Below, one piece after another: positions 41,776-53,459 of a DNA stretch of 64,000 nucleotides. A program made the translations under genes and the position numbers. The stretch's first letter is position 1. The number at the start of each line of letters is the position of its first letter. The notes under the pieces are model-generated. The model saw nothing but the letters and a program-made list of their open reading frames with translations. It had not been told where the DNA came from and made no database searches. The DNA is from Octopus sinensis (taxonomy: Eukaryota), in assembly GCF_006345805.1 (NCBI RefSeq), contig NC_043023.1, positions 13,516,001 to 13,580,000 on the forward strand. The letters run 5' to 3'.

Positions 41776-44700
41776 TGGAAGGTGTTTGTAAGCCATTTAA
41801 GAAACACACAAAAGCCGTTCGATTCACTTCAACATTTAAATTTAATTTGTCAAAATATTTTCGTCGCTTTGAGACCGCGACCTGTTCACTGACAAAAATA
41901 TATTGGAAGGTGTTTATAAGCCATTTAAGAAACACACAAAAACCGTTAGATTCACTTCAACGTTTAAATTTAATTTGTCAAAATATTTTCGTCGCTTTGA
42001 GACCGCGACCTGTTCACTGAGAAAAATATATTGGAAGGTGTTTATAAGCCATTTAAGAAACACACAAAAACCGTTAGATTCACTTCAACATTTAAATTTA
42101 GTTTGTCAAAATATTTTCATCGCTTTGAGACCGCGACCTGTTCACTGAGAAAAATATATTGGAAGGTGTTTATAAGCCATTTAAGAAACACACAAAAACC
42201 GTTAGATTCACTTCAACATTTAAATTTAATTTGTCAAAATATTTTCATTGCTTTGAGACCGCGACCTGTTCACTGAGAAAAATATATTGGAAGGTGTTTA
42301 TAAGCCATTTAAGAAACACACAAAAACCGTTAGATTCACTTCAACATTTAAATTTAATTTGTCAAAATATTTTCATCGCTTTGAGACCGCAACCTGTTCA
42401 CTGACAAAAATATATTGGAAGGTGTTATAAGCCATTTAAGAACACACAAAAACCGTTAGATTCACTTCAACATTTAAATTTAATTTGTCAAAATATTTTC
42501 GTCGCTTTGAGACCGCGACCTGTTCACTGAGAAAAATATATTGGAAGGTGTTTATAAGCCATTTAAGAAACACAACAAAAACCGTTAGATTCACTTCAAC
42601 ATTTAAATTTAATTTGTCAAAATATTTTCGTCGCTTTGAGACCGTGACCTGTTCACTGAGAAAAATATATTGGAAGGTGTTTATAAGCCATTAAGAAACA
42701 CACAAAAACCGTTAGATTCACTTAACATTTAAATTTAATTTGTCAAAATATTTTCGTCGCTTTGAGACCGCGACCTGTTCACTGAGAAAAATATATTGGA
42801 AGGTGTTATAAGCCATTTAAGAAACACACAAAAACCGTTAGATTCACTTCAACATTTAATTTAATTTGTCAAAATATTTTCGTCGCTTTGAGACCGCGAC
42901 CTGTTCACTGAGAAAAATATATTGGAAGGTGTTTATAAGCCATTTAAGAAACACACAAAAACCGTTAGATTCACTTCAACATTTAAATTTAATTTGTCAA
43001 AATATTTTCGTCGCTTTGAGACCGCGACCTGTTCACTGAGAAAAATATATTGGAAGGTGTTTATAAGCCATTAAGAAACACAAAAACCGTTAGATTCACT
43101 TCAACATTTAAATTTAATTTGTCAAAATATTTTCGTCGCTTTGAGACCGCGACCTGTTCACTGAGAAAAATATATTGGAAGGGTTTATAAGCCATTTAAG
43201 AAACCCACAAAAACCGTTAGATTCACTTCAACATTTAAATTTAATTTGTCAAAATATTTTCGTCGCTTTGAGACCGCGACCTGTTCACTGAGAAAAAATA
43301 TTGGAAGGTGTTTATAAGCCATTTAAGAAACACAAAAACCGTTAGATTCACTTCAACATTTAAATTTAATTTGTCAAAATATTTTCGTCGCTTTGAGACC
43401 GCGACCTGTTCACTGACAAAAATATATTGGAAGGTGTTTATAAGCCATTTAAGAAACACACAAAAACCGTTAGATTCACTTCAACATTTAAATTTAATTT
43501 GTCAAAATATTTTCGTCGCTTTGAGACCGCGACCTGTTCACTGAGAAAAATATATTGGAAGGTGTTATAAGCCATTTAAGAAACACAAAAACGTTAGATT
43601 CACTTCAACATTTAAATTTAATTTGTCAAAATATTTTCGTCGCTTTGAGACCGCGACCTGTTCACTGAGAAAAATATATTGGAAGGTGTTATAAGCCATT
43701 TAAGAAACACACAAAAACCGTTAGATTCACTTCAACATTTAAATTTAATTTGTCAAAATATTTTCGTCGCTTTGAGACCGCGACCTGTTCACTGAGAAAA
43801 ATATATTGGAAGGTGTTTATAAGCCATTTAAGAAACACAAAAACCGTTAGATTCACTTCAACATTTAAATTTAATTTGTCAAAATATTTTCGTCGCTTTG
43901 AGACCGCGACCTGTTCACTGAGAAAAATATATTGGAAGGTGTTTATAAGCCATTTAAGAAACACACAAAAACCGTTAGATTCACTTCAACATTTAAATTT
44001 AATTTGTCAAAATATTTTCGTCGCTTTGAGACCGCGACCTGTTCACTGAGAAAAATATATTGGAAGGTGTTTATAAGCCATTTAAGAAACACACAAAAAC
44101 CGTTAGATTCACTTCAACATTTAAATTTAATTTGTCAAAATATTTTCGTCGCTTTGAGACCGCGACCTGTTCACTGAGAAAAATATATTGGAAGGTGTTT
44201 ATAAGCCATTTAAGAAACACAAAAACCGTTAGATTCACTTCAACATTTAAATTTAATTTGTCAAAATATTTTCGTCGCTTTGAGACCGCGACCTGTTCAC
44301 TGAGAAAAATATATTGGAAGGTGTTATAAGCCATTTAAGAAACACAAAAACCGTTAGATTCACTTCAACATTTAAATTTAATTTGTCAAAATATTTTCGT
44401 CGCTTTGAGACCGCGACCTGTTCACTGAGAAAAATATATGGAAGGTGTTTATAAGCCATTTAAGAAACACACAAAAACCGTTAGATTCACTTCAACATTT
44501 AAATTTAATTTGTCAAAATATTTTCGTCGCTTTGAGACCGCGACCTGTTCACTGAGAAAAAATATTGGAAGGTGTTTATAAGCCATTTAAGAAACACACA
44601 AAAACGTTAGATTCACTTCAACATTTAAATTTAATTTGTCAAAATATTTTCGTCGCTTTGAGACCGCGACCTGTTCACTGAGAAAAATATATTGGAAGGT

Positions 44701-44936
44701 GTTTATAAGCCATTTAAGAAACACAAAAACCGTTAGATTCACTTCACATTTAAATTTAATTTGTCAAAATATTTTCGTCGCTTTGAGACCGCGACCTGTT
44801 CACTGAGAAAAATATATTGGAAGGTGTTTATAAGCCATTTAAGAAACACACAAAAACCGTTAGATTCACTTCAACATTTAAATTTAATTTGTCAAAATAT
44901 TTTCGTCGCTTTGAGACCGCGACCTGTTCACTGACA
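41776..44936. repeat. 128-bp satellite, about 25 copies, inside a fold-back element
   Basis: Unit TGGAAGGTGTTTATAAGCC...GTTCACTGAGAAAAATATAT; ORF starts spaced 128 apart; the inverted arm follows at 44971-45082. Confidence 0.96.
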
Positions 44937-45304
44937 AAATTCCATACTGCATCACTGCAGTATGGAATTTCAAAAGCGACGAAAATATTTTGACAAATTA
45001 AATTTAAATGTTGAAGTGAATCGAACGGCTTTTGTGTGTTTCTTAAATGGCTTACAAACACCTTCCACGCTGTAATTGTTTTTGATTATAGAACCCAGCT
45101 TAGTATCATTAGCTCTGTGGGCAGTGATGATGGGGAGATGCAGGAACGAAGGAGGGAGGTGTATAAAAATTGTTGTTAGCTCTGTGTGCAGTGATGATAA
45201 GATGTGTGAAGGAGGGAGGCATCTTCCAATTTAGGTTTCCATAGCAACTAATGCTCTCTCTCTCCCCTCCTACTCCACACTCTCTTTCTGATTTTCATTG
45301 GCAG

Positions 45305-45519
45305 GGCGGCCGAAGAACCAACTCGAAGGACCTTTCCATGAACAGACTCCCCCAAAGTCATCCAACGAGGCCAAAGACAGAGGTGGTGGCGGTGGCAATG
45401 ACAAATCCAACCAACAGAAAATGGCGCAGGGAGCCATGGGTTCCGGCCCCAACGAGGACAAGCGCTTTGTGTTTATGAGTAAGCGCGGAGGTGACCAACA
45501 GCAATCTCTTGGTCCAGAG
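45305..45519 (+). CDS. Coding exon: disordered linker (RPKNQLEGPFHEQ...GGDQQQSLGPE)
   Basis: Pyrimidine tract with ggcag| acceptor; gag|gttggt donor; phase 1 to 0; GC-rich unique island. Confidence 0.82.
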
Positions 45520-45699
45520 GTTGGTAGACTCCGCTTCCTTATACAATCATCCTATCTTTTTTTGTGTTATTTTGGTTCATTTTGCATACTTGTTTACCTG
45601 TGTCTATACACAGGTATATATCTTGAGTTGCACATGAGAAAGTAAGGAGGGATGTCAGGAAGGGCATCGCTGTTACACTTCCAGAAGGGAAGGGTCTTC

Positions 45700-46020
45700 T
45701 TTTGATTCTGACATGCAATGTCTGTGCAAGACCCTAGTCATCTTCGTAGTCATAAAGCGAGACAGATGAGTGACAACCTGGCCACTGGTGGTGGTGTAAC
45801 GCACCATACTAATCATATCTGTCGGGCATGTGGAAGAGAGTGTAATTAGGCAGGAGGACTTAACTACAGCCGGCTTTTTACCGGTAAAGGTTTTAGTTGC
45901 CAATTTTGTACAAGACTTTGTAGATCTTTGGCTGGGCTAAAAAGTCACATTCGATCACAGCACTAATAACAGTTAAGCTTTGTGCAATGGCCATACACGA
46001 TAACGAGGGGGCAGCCATAA
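45700..46020 (+). mobile_element. RTE-type LINE 3' end with C2H2 zinc-finger remnants
   Basis: HICRACGREC and CQFCTRLCRSLAGLKSHIRSQH* (45898-45966), then a short 3' UTR. Confidence 0.65.
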
Positions 46021-46422
46021 TATATATATATATGCAAAGTTGGATCTGTGTGTGTATGTCTTAATAATATAAAACAGAGTTTGTGTGTGCGTATGTTCCA
46101 TATGAATTTGAAAACTGTTCATATTGTAGCTTCTGGTGCCAATGCCAAGCAGTACAGCGTGTCGTTTCCAAATTTCTGACAGAACTAATTGCATCATGGT
46201 TCTGTTTTTCTGGCAGACAGTGCCCAGCTGACCCTACTCTACTGTGTAGCCGACAAAATCAAAAACAGACAATCAGCTTGCGTGAAATTAAAAATATAAA
46301 ATGACGACAATTTACTCATCACACGCTGTATGTATATAAGTGTGTGTGGTGACCGCGTGTGTACCGTTGGCGATTTTTTTTTATCCTCTGTCTTCCCTTC
46401 TCTGGATCTTTCCTTCTCCTAT

Positions 46423-46457
46423 GTTTCCGACGAAGAGCTCCGCTCGAAACGTTGAAC
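46423..46457 (+). ncRNA. Minimal hammerhead-like motif (U4C variant)
   Basis: GTTT-CCGACGA-A-GAG-CTCCG-CTC-GAAA-CG-TT-GAAC; AACGTT palindrome in place of a stem III hairpin, the layout of dimer-forming minimal hammerheads. Confidence 0.4.
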
Positions 46458-46643
46458 CCTTCTTTCCTGAGCATCCAATAATACTATATTTGTTCCACAT
46501 CCTCGCGTTATATTTTTTTTTGTGCTTTCATGTTTGGATCAACTGTATGTATATAGGTGTGTATGTATGTATGTGTGTGTGTATATATATATGTGTGTGT
46601 GTATAGTGTCTCTAATGACTTGAACTGTTTTTTTTATTTTCAG

Positions 46644-46696
46644 ATGGGCCAGTATGAGAAAGATTTAACAAACCTTTTCAACTTTCCCAAAGCTGG
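46644..46696 (+). CDS. Short coding exon (MGQYEKDLTNLFNFPKA)
   Basis: tttttcag| acceptor, gg|gtaaat donor; 53 nt, phase 0 to 2, exactly bridging the flanking exons. Confidence 0.82.
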
Positions 46697-46744
46697 GTAA
46701 ATATTACTATTTTTATTATTATTATTATTATTATAATATATGTG

Positions 46745-47322
46745 AGGTATACTAGCCATCTCAATATGGCTAAGCACTAAGGGTTGGTGTTACTGTAGCT
46801 TTTAGCCCCAGGAGATCATCGTCTCCAGCTGGCTTTAGGCACACTTTCTGTGCACTTATGGTATTTGCAAAGGGAGGTCATCCCTCTCTCGTAAACCTAA
46901 GTGATACGCACGTACTGCAGTAACACCCACCCTTAGTGGTTAGCCATATTGAGATGGCTAGTATACCTTACATTGTCGTGCAGTTACTGTTTATACCTCG
47001 TTCAGAAATTTATTATTGCTTGCATACAGTTTTTCGAGATCAGTGATGAAAAGTTACTGGAAAAACGATATAAGGATTTGCATTGGGTCTCCCTTCATCG
47101 AAAACCGGTGATTACCGTACGTTGACAAGAGGCAAATACCTCAAAACTGCAGTCCATGCGTGTCACTTAGGTTTACAAGAGAGGGATGACCTCCCTTTGC
47201 AAATACCATAAGGACACAGAAAGTGTGCCTAAAGCCAGCTGGAGACGATGATCTCCTGGGGCTACAAGCTACAGTAACACCCACCCTTAGTGCTTAGCCA
47301 TATTGAGATGGCTAGTATACCT
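46745..47322. mobile_element. MITE-like element with about 50-bp terminal inverted repeats plus an inverted partial duplicate
   Basis: Arms 46745-46795 and 46918-46968; 46745-46920 is the reverse complement of 47147-47322. Confidence 0.75.
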
Positions 47323-48189
47323 TACATTGTCGTGCAGTTACTGTTTACATCTCGTTCAGAGATTTATTATTGCTATTATTATATATTTTAAACTTTAATA
47401 TTTTATATGTTTTGCTAGTGAAAGTCGGTGAAAATGCTTGACTTAGCAGTTGTGGTTTTGCACTCAGAATTGCAGGGTCATAGTTTCCACTGCAGGACCG
47501 GGCAGTGACATTGTGCCTCGGAGCGCAACACTTCATTTCATGTTGCTCTGCGATCACTTCTGCTTCTGATCCGTGACGCAATGTGCATCTTCTCCAGGCA
47601 ACGTTGAAGGCATGTGATCTAGTGGTTTCGGTTTTGCACTCCTAATCGCAGGATCATCGGTTCAATTCTTGGTTCGGGTGGTGTGTTGTATTCTTGATTT
47701 GCTCTGCAATCAATTTGACACCCGATGCGGGGCTACGCTGTGGCCCCTGTACAGGCAATGTCAGTTGGATGGAGTGAATGAGGGAGCTAATGTACATGGC
47801 ATATATTTCATCATTATCACGTGACTGACCAGACCATCAGATGTTGTTACACATCGCTGGTCACAATGCGTTTGCATTGTTTTAGCCTTCGAATGACGCC
47901 ACCCCACTGGCTAAGCGAGCAGGCCAACAGAAGAAAGAGTGGGTGAAAGAGTACAGCAGGGATCGCCACCCCCTGCCGGAGCCTCGTGGAGCTTTTAGGT
48001 GTTTTCGCTCAATAAACACTCACAACGCCCGGTCTGGGAATCGAAACCGCGAATCTGCTGCCCTAACCACTAGGCCATTGCGCCTCCACATTTCATCATT
48101 ATAAACGAATCATATGTACAAGGAATTACTGAAAGCAAATGTTTAATGGTGATGATTAATAATATAGGTTCATTCTTAATGAAATTGGG

Positions 48190-49245
48190 CTGCAAGCTGC
48201 CTGGTGACCTCACTGGTGTTGGTGCCACATAAAAAGCTCCCAGTAGACTCTGTAAAGGGGTTAGCATTAGGAAGGGCATCCAGCCATAGAAACCATACAA
48301 AAGCAGACCTCATTGGTGCTGGTACCGCATTAAAAGCACCCAGTACACTCTGTAAAGTGGTTGGCATTAGGAAGGGCATCCAGTACACTCTGTAAAGTGG
48401 TGGGCATTAGGAAGGGCATCCAGCCATAGAAACCATACCAAAGCAGACCTCACTGGTGCTGGTGCCACATAAAAAGCACCCAGTACACTCTGTGGAGTGG
48501 TTGGCATTAGGAAGGGCATCCAGTACACTCTGTAAAGTGGTGGGCATTAGGAAGGGCATCCAGCCATAGAAACCATGCCAAAGCAGACCTCACTGGTGCT
48601 GGTGCCACATAAAAAGCACCCAGTACACTCTGTGGAGTGGTTGGCATTAGGAAGGGCATCCAGTACACTCTGTAAAGTGGTGGGCATTAGGAAGGGCATC
48701 CAGCCATAGAAACCATGCCAAAGCAGACCTCACTGGTGCTGGTGCCACATAAAAAGCATCCAGTACACTCTGTGGAGTGGTTGGCATTAGGAAGGGCATC
48801 CAGTACACTCTGTAAAGTGGTGGGCATTAGGAAGGGCATCCAGCCATAGAAACCATGCCAAAGCAGACCTCACTGGTGCTGGTGCCACATAAAAAGCACC
48901 CAGTACACTCTGTGGAGTGGTTGGCATTAGGAAGGGCATCCAGTCATAGAAAACATACCAAAGCAGACCTCACAGGTGCTGGTGCCACATAAAAAGCACC
49001 CAGTACACTCTGTAGAGTGGTTGGCATTAGGAAGGGCATCCAGCCATAGAAACCATACCAAAGCAGACCTCACTGGTGCTGGTTCCACATAAAAAGCACC
49101 CAGTACACTCTGTGGAGTGGTTGGCATTAGGAAGGGCATCCAGCCATAAAAACCATGCCAAGTAGCCATCAGAGCTTGCAATAGTCTTCTGTCAAACTGT
49201 CCAACCCATGCCAGCATGGAAAATAGACATTAAATGATGATGATG
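48190..49245 (+). repeat. Tandem array of family C modules (alternating about 40- and 80-bp pieces) ending in the family C tail
   Basis: CAGTACACTCTGT..AGTGG.TGGCATTAGGAAGGGCATC repeated more than 12 times. Confidence 0.88.
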
Positions 49246-49441
49246 TAAATGTTTAATTGACCTTTCTTTCTCTCCCTTTTCTCCTCTTCCCTCTCTCTTT
49301 CCTCTTCTTTTTCTCCGCTTCCCTCTCTCCTCCTTCCTCTTCCTTTTCTCTTCCTTTCCCCTTACCCATCTATCTCCTTCTCCGCCGTATTATGCATAAA
49401 CATTACTTAATCCCTTTTTTTTTTCTCTCTCTTTCATTTAG

Positions 49442-52400
49442 GACCAACCCTGCTGCTCTCCAGTACGGCTTGGCTGCTCTGGAGAACTTGTTATCGCGGG
49501 CCGCAAAAATGGGGATGAATGAGCTGAAGAGCCTATTAACGGCGAACCCCCGACTGCACCAACTCTTTGCAGAGAACCAGGACTTTCAGCCCCGCCTGCA
49601 GAAGTTGTTTGCCCATAACCAGGACTTCCAACCCCAGCTGAAACGGTTGTTTGCTGCAAATCAGGTTTTCCTTCCCAAACTGCAAATGCTTATTGCAGCC
49701 TCCAGCCAGCAGCAACAGAGCAAAGAGAACCTCAACTTCAACATGGGGTCCCTCGGTCCCTTCGGACCTCACGGGCCCCTCCGACCGCAAGGTCACCCGA
49801 TGGGGCCACCCCAGGGCTCCATGAGGCCACCGTCGGGATCTGTCAGGCCGTCGCAAGGATCTGGCCGGATGATGCAGGGCCCGGGCGGGCCGCCGATGAG
49901 CATGCAGGAGCAGCAAGCGTTTAAGAAAGAGATGATGGTGAGACAACAGCGCCGGATGTACAGTGCGGCACGTGGCGCCGCCGACGACGAGGAGGAGGAG
50001 GAGGAGGAGGAGGATGATAACAACGAAAGGGGTTACCGCGAGGAGCAAGGATTCGGCAACGCTCGGAACTTCCCCGGCAGGGACGGCGGCTCTGGGCCCT
50101 GGCCGAAACAGGACGAGGGTCGGTCCCAGCCGCACCCTAGAATGTTTGACGAGGAGCCAGGCTTTCCCTTCCGTCGCCGTATGAACTTTGAGGGCGACGA
50201 CGATGATAGAAGACCCCCGTCTCAGCACCACCATCACCGCCGCCAACAGCAGCAGCAACAACAACAACAGCAGCATCATCATCATCATCAACAACATCAA
50301 CAAAAACAGCCAATGTTTACAGAAGAGATGGAGGAATTTGCTGAAAAGCAGCGTGTGCTGTACGACCAGGAGAGCGAAAACCGTGACCGGCCGCCGGCCT
50401 CCCCCTCCTCCAAGCGCCGTATGTTCGGGGCGAACGAGGACTCGATGTATAGCGAGGACCAGGCGCTGCTACACTCGGGGAGACAGCAAGGGTTTTACAA
50501 GGGCAGAGGTGGGGGCGACGATGACGACTTTGCTCCCCCCCACAAGCGACGGGCGATATACGTCGACGAACCCGAGAGGGGAGGACCGAATCGCCATCAG
50601 AGGCCCTTCGGAGGCGGCGGAGGAGGAGGAGGTGGAGGTGGTGGAGGAGATAACCTGCAAGATTTTAATGAGGGCCCTAGAATGTATGGGGCTTTTGGCG
50701 GCAGCGGTGGTGGTGGTGGGAGAGACAATTTTGGTGGTGGTGGTGGTGGTGGCGGCGGAAGAGATAACTTTGGCGGTGGTGGTGGTGGTGGTGGCGGAAG
50801 AGACAACTTTGGCGGTGGTGGTGGTGTCGATCCCAGCAACCAGGAAGGAGGAGGCTTTGATGGATCTCGGAACAGGGAGTATCCAGGCTCCAGACCTTAC
50901 GACGAATTTAGACATCGCGGAGGTGGCGGCAATGGTGGTGGTGGTGGTGGCCGTCTTGGCGTGGAAGACGACCGTATGGGAGGAGACGCTGGCGGACGGA
51001 AATCCCGGGAGATGTTCGACGAAAACATGGACTTTCCTAACCGAAATCCGAAGATGTTTGGACACAACGAGCCTTTCCATAGTCACGGGGGTAGCGACAG
51101 CTTTTCGGGGTCAATGATGCCCCCTCAACAATCCAATTTGGACACGAGCGCTCCCGGCCCCAGCATTGGTGAAACGAAACTCAACTACGTCTCCTTTGAT
51201 TATAACCACCAGCACTCTAATGTTCCCCTAACGGACATGGAGCCGTTCAGTAACAACCCCGGAAATTTCTCAGCCGGTGGCGCTGGCAGTGTTTCGCCCT
51301 CGTCCATGATGGGACAGGACAGCGGCAACAACGCCCCCTACGATAGGCACGGCCCCTCCATGTCGAGAAGTGCTGGAGGCGACGATGGTAACCAGTTTGG
51401 CCAGAGGGGTATGGAACCGTCTGGTCCTGGTTTTGACAACGAAATGGATCAGTCGTACTCCTCGCGGGACGACCAGTTTGGCCAGAGGCCCCCTCAGTTT
51501 GGTGTCGGTTCGAGAAACCTGAAGTCAGCCCTGAAGAATAGCTCTGCTTATAGGTTTGAGGACAGTTCCATGTCGGCCGGGAACTCCGACCAGGGCAAGG
51601 ACGTTCATAGCGGTGACTTTGGCAGTAACAACAACAACAACCGGATGTCAGATCCGAGTGAAAATCCGGACTCTGGAAGGGGTTTCAGGGACCGGGACCA
51701 TGAAGAGAGAGACACGTTTATGGGCACTTGGAGGAGCCCCCTTGGTATGGGAAACTACCAGCAGGAGAGAGGAGACGACGTGGGCAGACCCGGAAGCGGG
51801 TTCGGTGATGATATGAGCGGCAACAGACAGATGGATGACACGGCCAGTGTGGAGCAGCAGCAGATGTCGGGCAGCGGTAGCTTCCATGGGAATATGGATC
51901 GTGGCGGGTTTCAGTACGGTGGGAATGCGAGGGGTCAGTCCGACGGCGGAGAGGATTTCCCGGATTGGGGCCGCCAGAGGGACGGCGAAAACGAGGGTTT
52001 TGGAGTCGGGAGGGATAGCAGCGGTGGTGCTGGTGACAGTGGTCGTAGGATGCAGATGGGCGAGTCCCACGACTACGGACACAAGAGCAGTGAGGGCTAT
52101 AACAGGTATTACGGTAGTGGTGGTGGTGGTGGTGGTGGCGGTGGCGGCGGTAGTGATAGCCTCGGTGATGACAGACCTTCCTACCCCAGCCGTGGCGCCA
52201 ACAAAAACAACGACGACGACATCGAAGATCCTGGTTACAACGTGAAGTGGGGCCAAGGGGTCGGTAGCCTGGATCGAGGTTCGTCGAGGGAACGTAGCTG
52301 GATGTCCCGGGGCGACCCTGCGGACTATCGCCGCGTCGAGGACGACAACAACAACGACGACGACGATAGGGGCAAAGGGGCCGGTTACGGTTTCCAGTCG

Positions 52401-53459
52401 GACAGCGAGAACAGAGGGAGCCACTTGTACGAGGACAACTGGCAGCAGAGCGGGGATTACCGCCACCACGATAGCAAGTCGGATTATCCGGGAGACGGAG
52501 CTGGTGGTCATAGAATCGAGTCGTCGTTCCGGCGCGGGGTCAGCTACGGCCGAGACGAGGACCTGGAAGAACCGGCGCGCGATGAGGAGGCCCCGTACTA
52601 TCGTTCCGGCAGGAGTGTTGCGTTTGAGAGGGACAACTATAGTTATAACGAGGAATATGACAATGGCGGTAACGAGAGTAATACTAATGTGGATGAAGGC
52701 GGTTATTATAGTGGGGGCGGGGCTGCTATGGAGCAGAATTTGTCCGACGATAGGGAGAGCTACAGAAGGCAGGAGAGATATGGGGAGCAGAAAATGGAAG
52801 AGGATTTTGAACAGGACGGCTCTGATCCTCCCCTTGGCTGGAGAAGCTCCTCATCGAAACAGGACGGCTCTGACCCTCCGCTTGGCTGGAGAAGCTCTTC
52901 ATCGAAACAGGACGGCTCTGACCCACCGCTTGGCTGGAGAAACCCCGGGTCGAAACAAGACGGCTCCGACCCTCCGCTCGGCTGGAGAAACCCCGCGTCG
53001 AAACAGGACGGTCCCGACCCCCCGCTCGGCTGGAGGAACCACAAGTATTTTTCCTCGTCGCCATCCAAGTCGGATCCCCCGTCCTCGTCGAGGAGGGGCC
53101 GGGACGACGCGGAAGGTGGCGGCAGCTGGGAGAGGAACCAACGCGGTTCTGGGTACCACGGCGACCGATCCGGCGGGGAACAAGGGCATCGAAGAGGGCG
53201 GTCGTCGCGCAGTAACCGGTCGTACGGCCGCAATTCCAACCGCGACAGAGCAGGATCGAGGTGCGGCGGCGGCGGTGGTGGTCGAGGTTCCTACGGCGAC
53301 GCGTCCGAAGGTGACGCGAATACCGGCGGCGGCAGCAAGGAGGACCAGTACGGGCAAGACACGATGCGGAAGGTCGTAATGTCGAGGGACTGGAAAGGCG
53401 ACGGAGGAGGCGGAGGGGAGATGATGCGTCGCCACCACAAGCAGTCGAGGTGGAACTAA
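49442..53459 (+). CDS. 4-kb terminal coding exon: about 1338-aa mostly low-complexity G/Q/D/R/S-rich region with internal repeats
   Basis: Long pyrimidine tract with ttag| acceptor at 49441; phase 2 start; stop-free to TAA 53457-53459; GC-rich against AT-rich flanks; repeat units differ mostly at synonymous positions. Confidence 0.93.

Noticed and set aside
41776-44936. CRISPR-like array or repeated 81-aa ORFs (MEGVYKPFKK...)
   Set aside because: Units are contiguous with no unique spacers, 128 is not a multiple of 3, and the context is eukaryotic; it is a satellite.
49257-49441. Hydrophobic N-terminus of the 1400-aa ORF (apparent signal or TM segment)
   Set aside because: It is the intron's polypyrimidine tract read in frame; the exon starts at 49442.
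49442-53459. Reflectin or nucleolin as gene identity
   Set aside because: No repeated reflectin MD-x5-MD-x5-MD motifs; nucleolin has an acidic N-terminus, four canonical RRMs and a short GAR tail. No gene symbol assigned.
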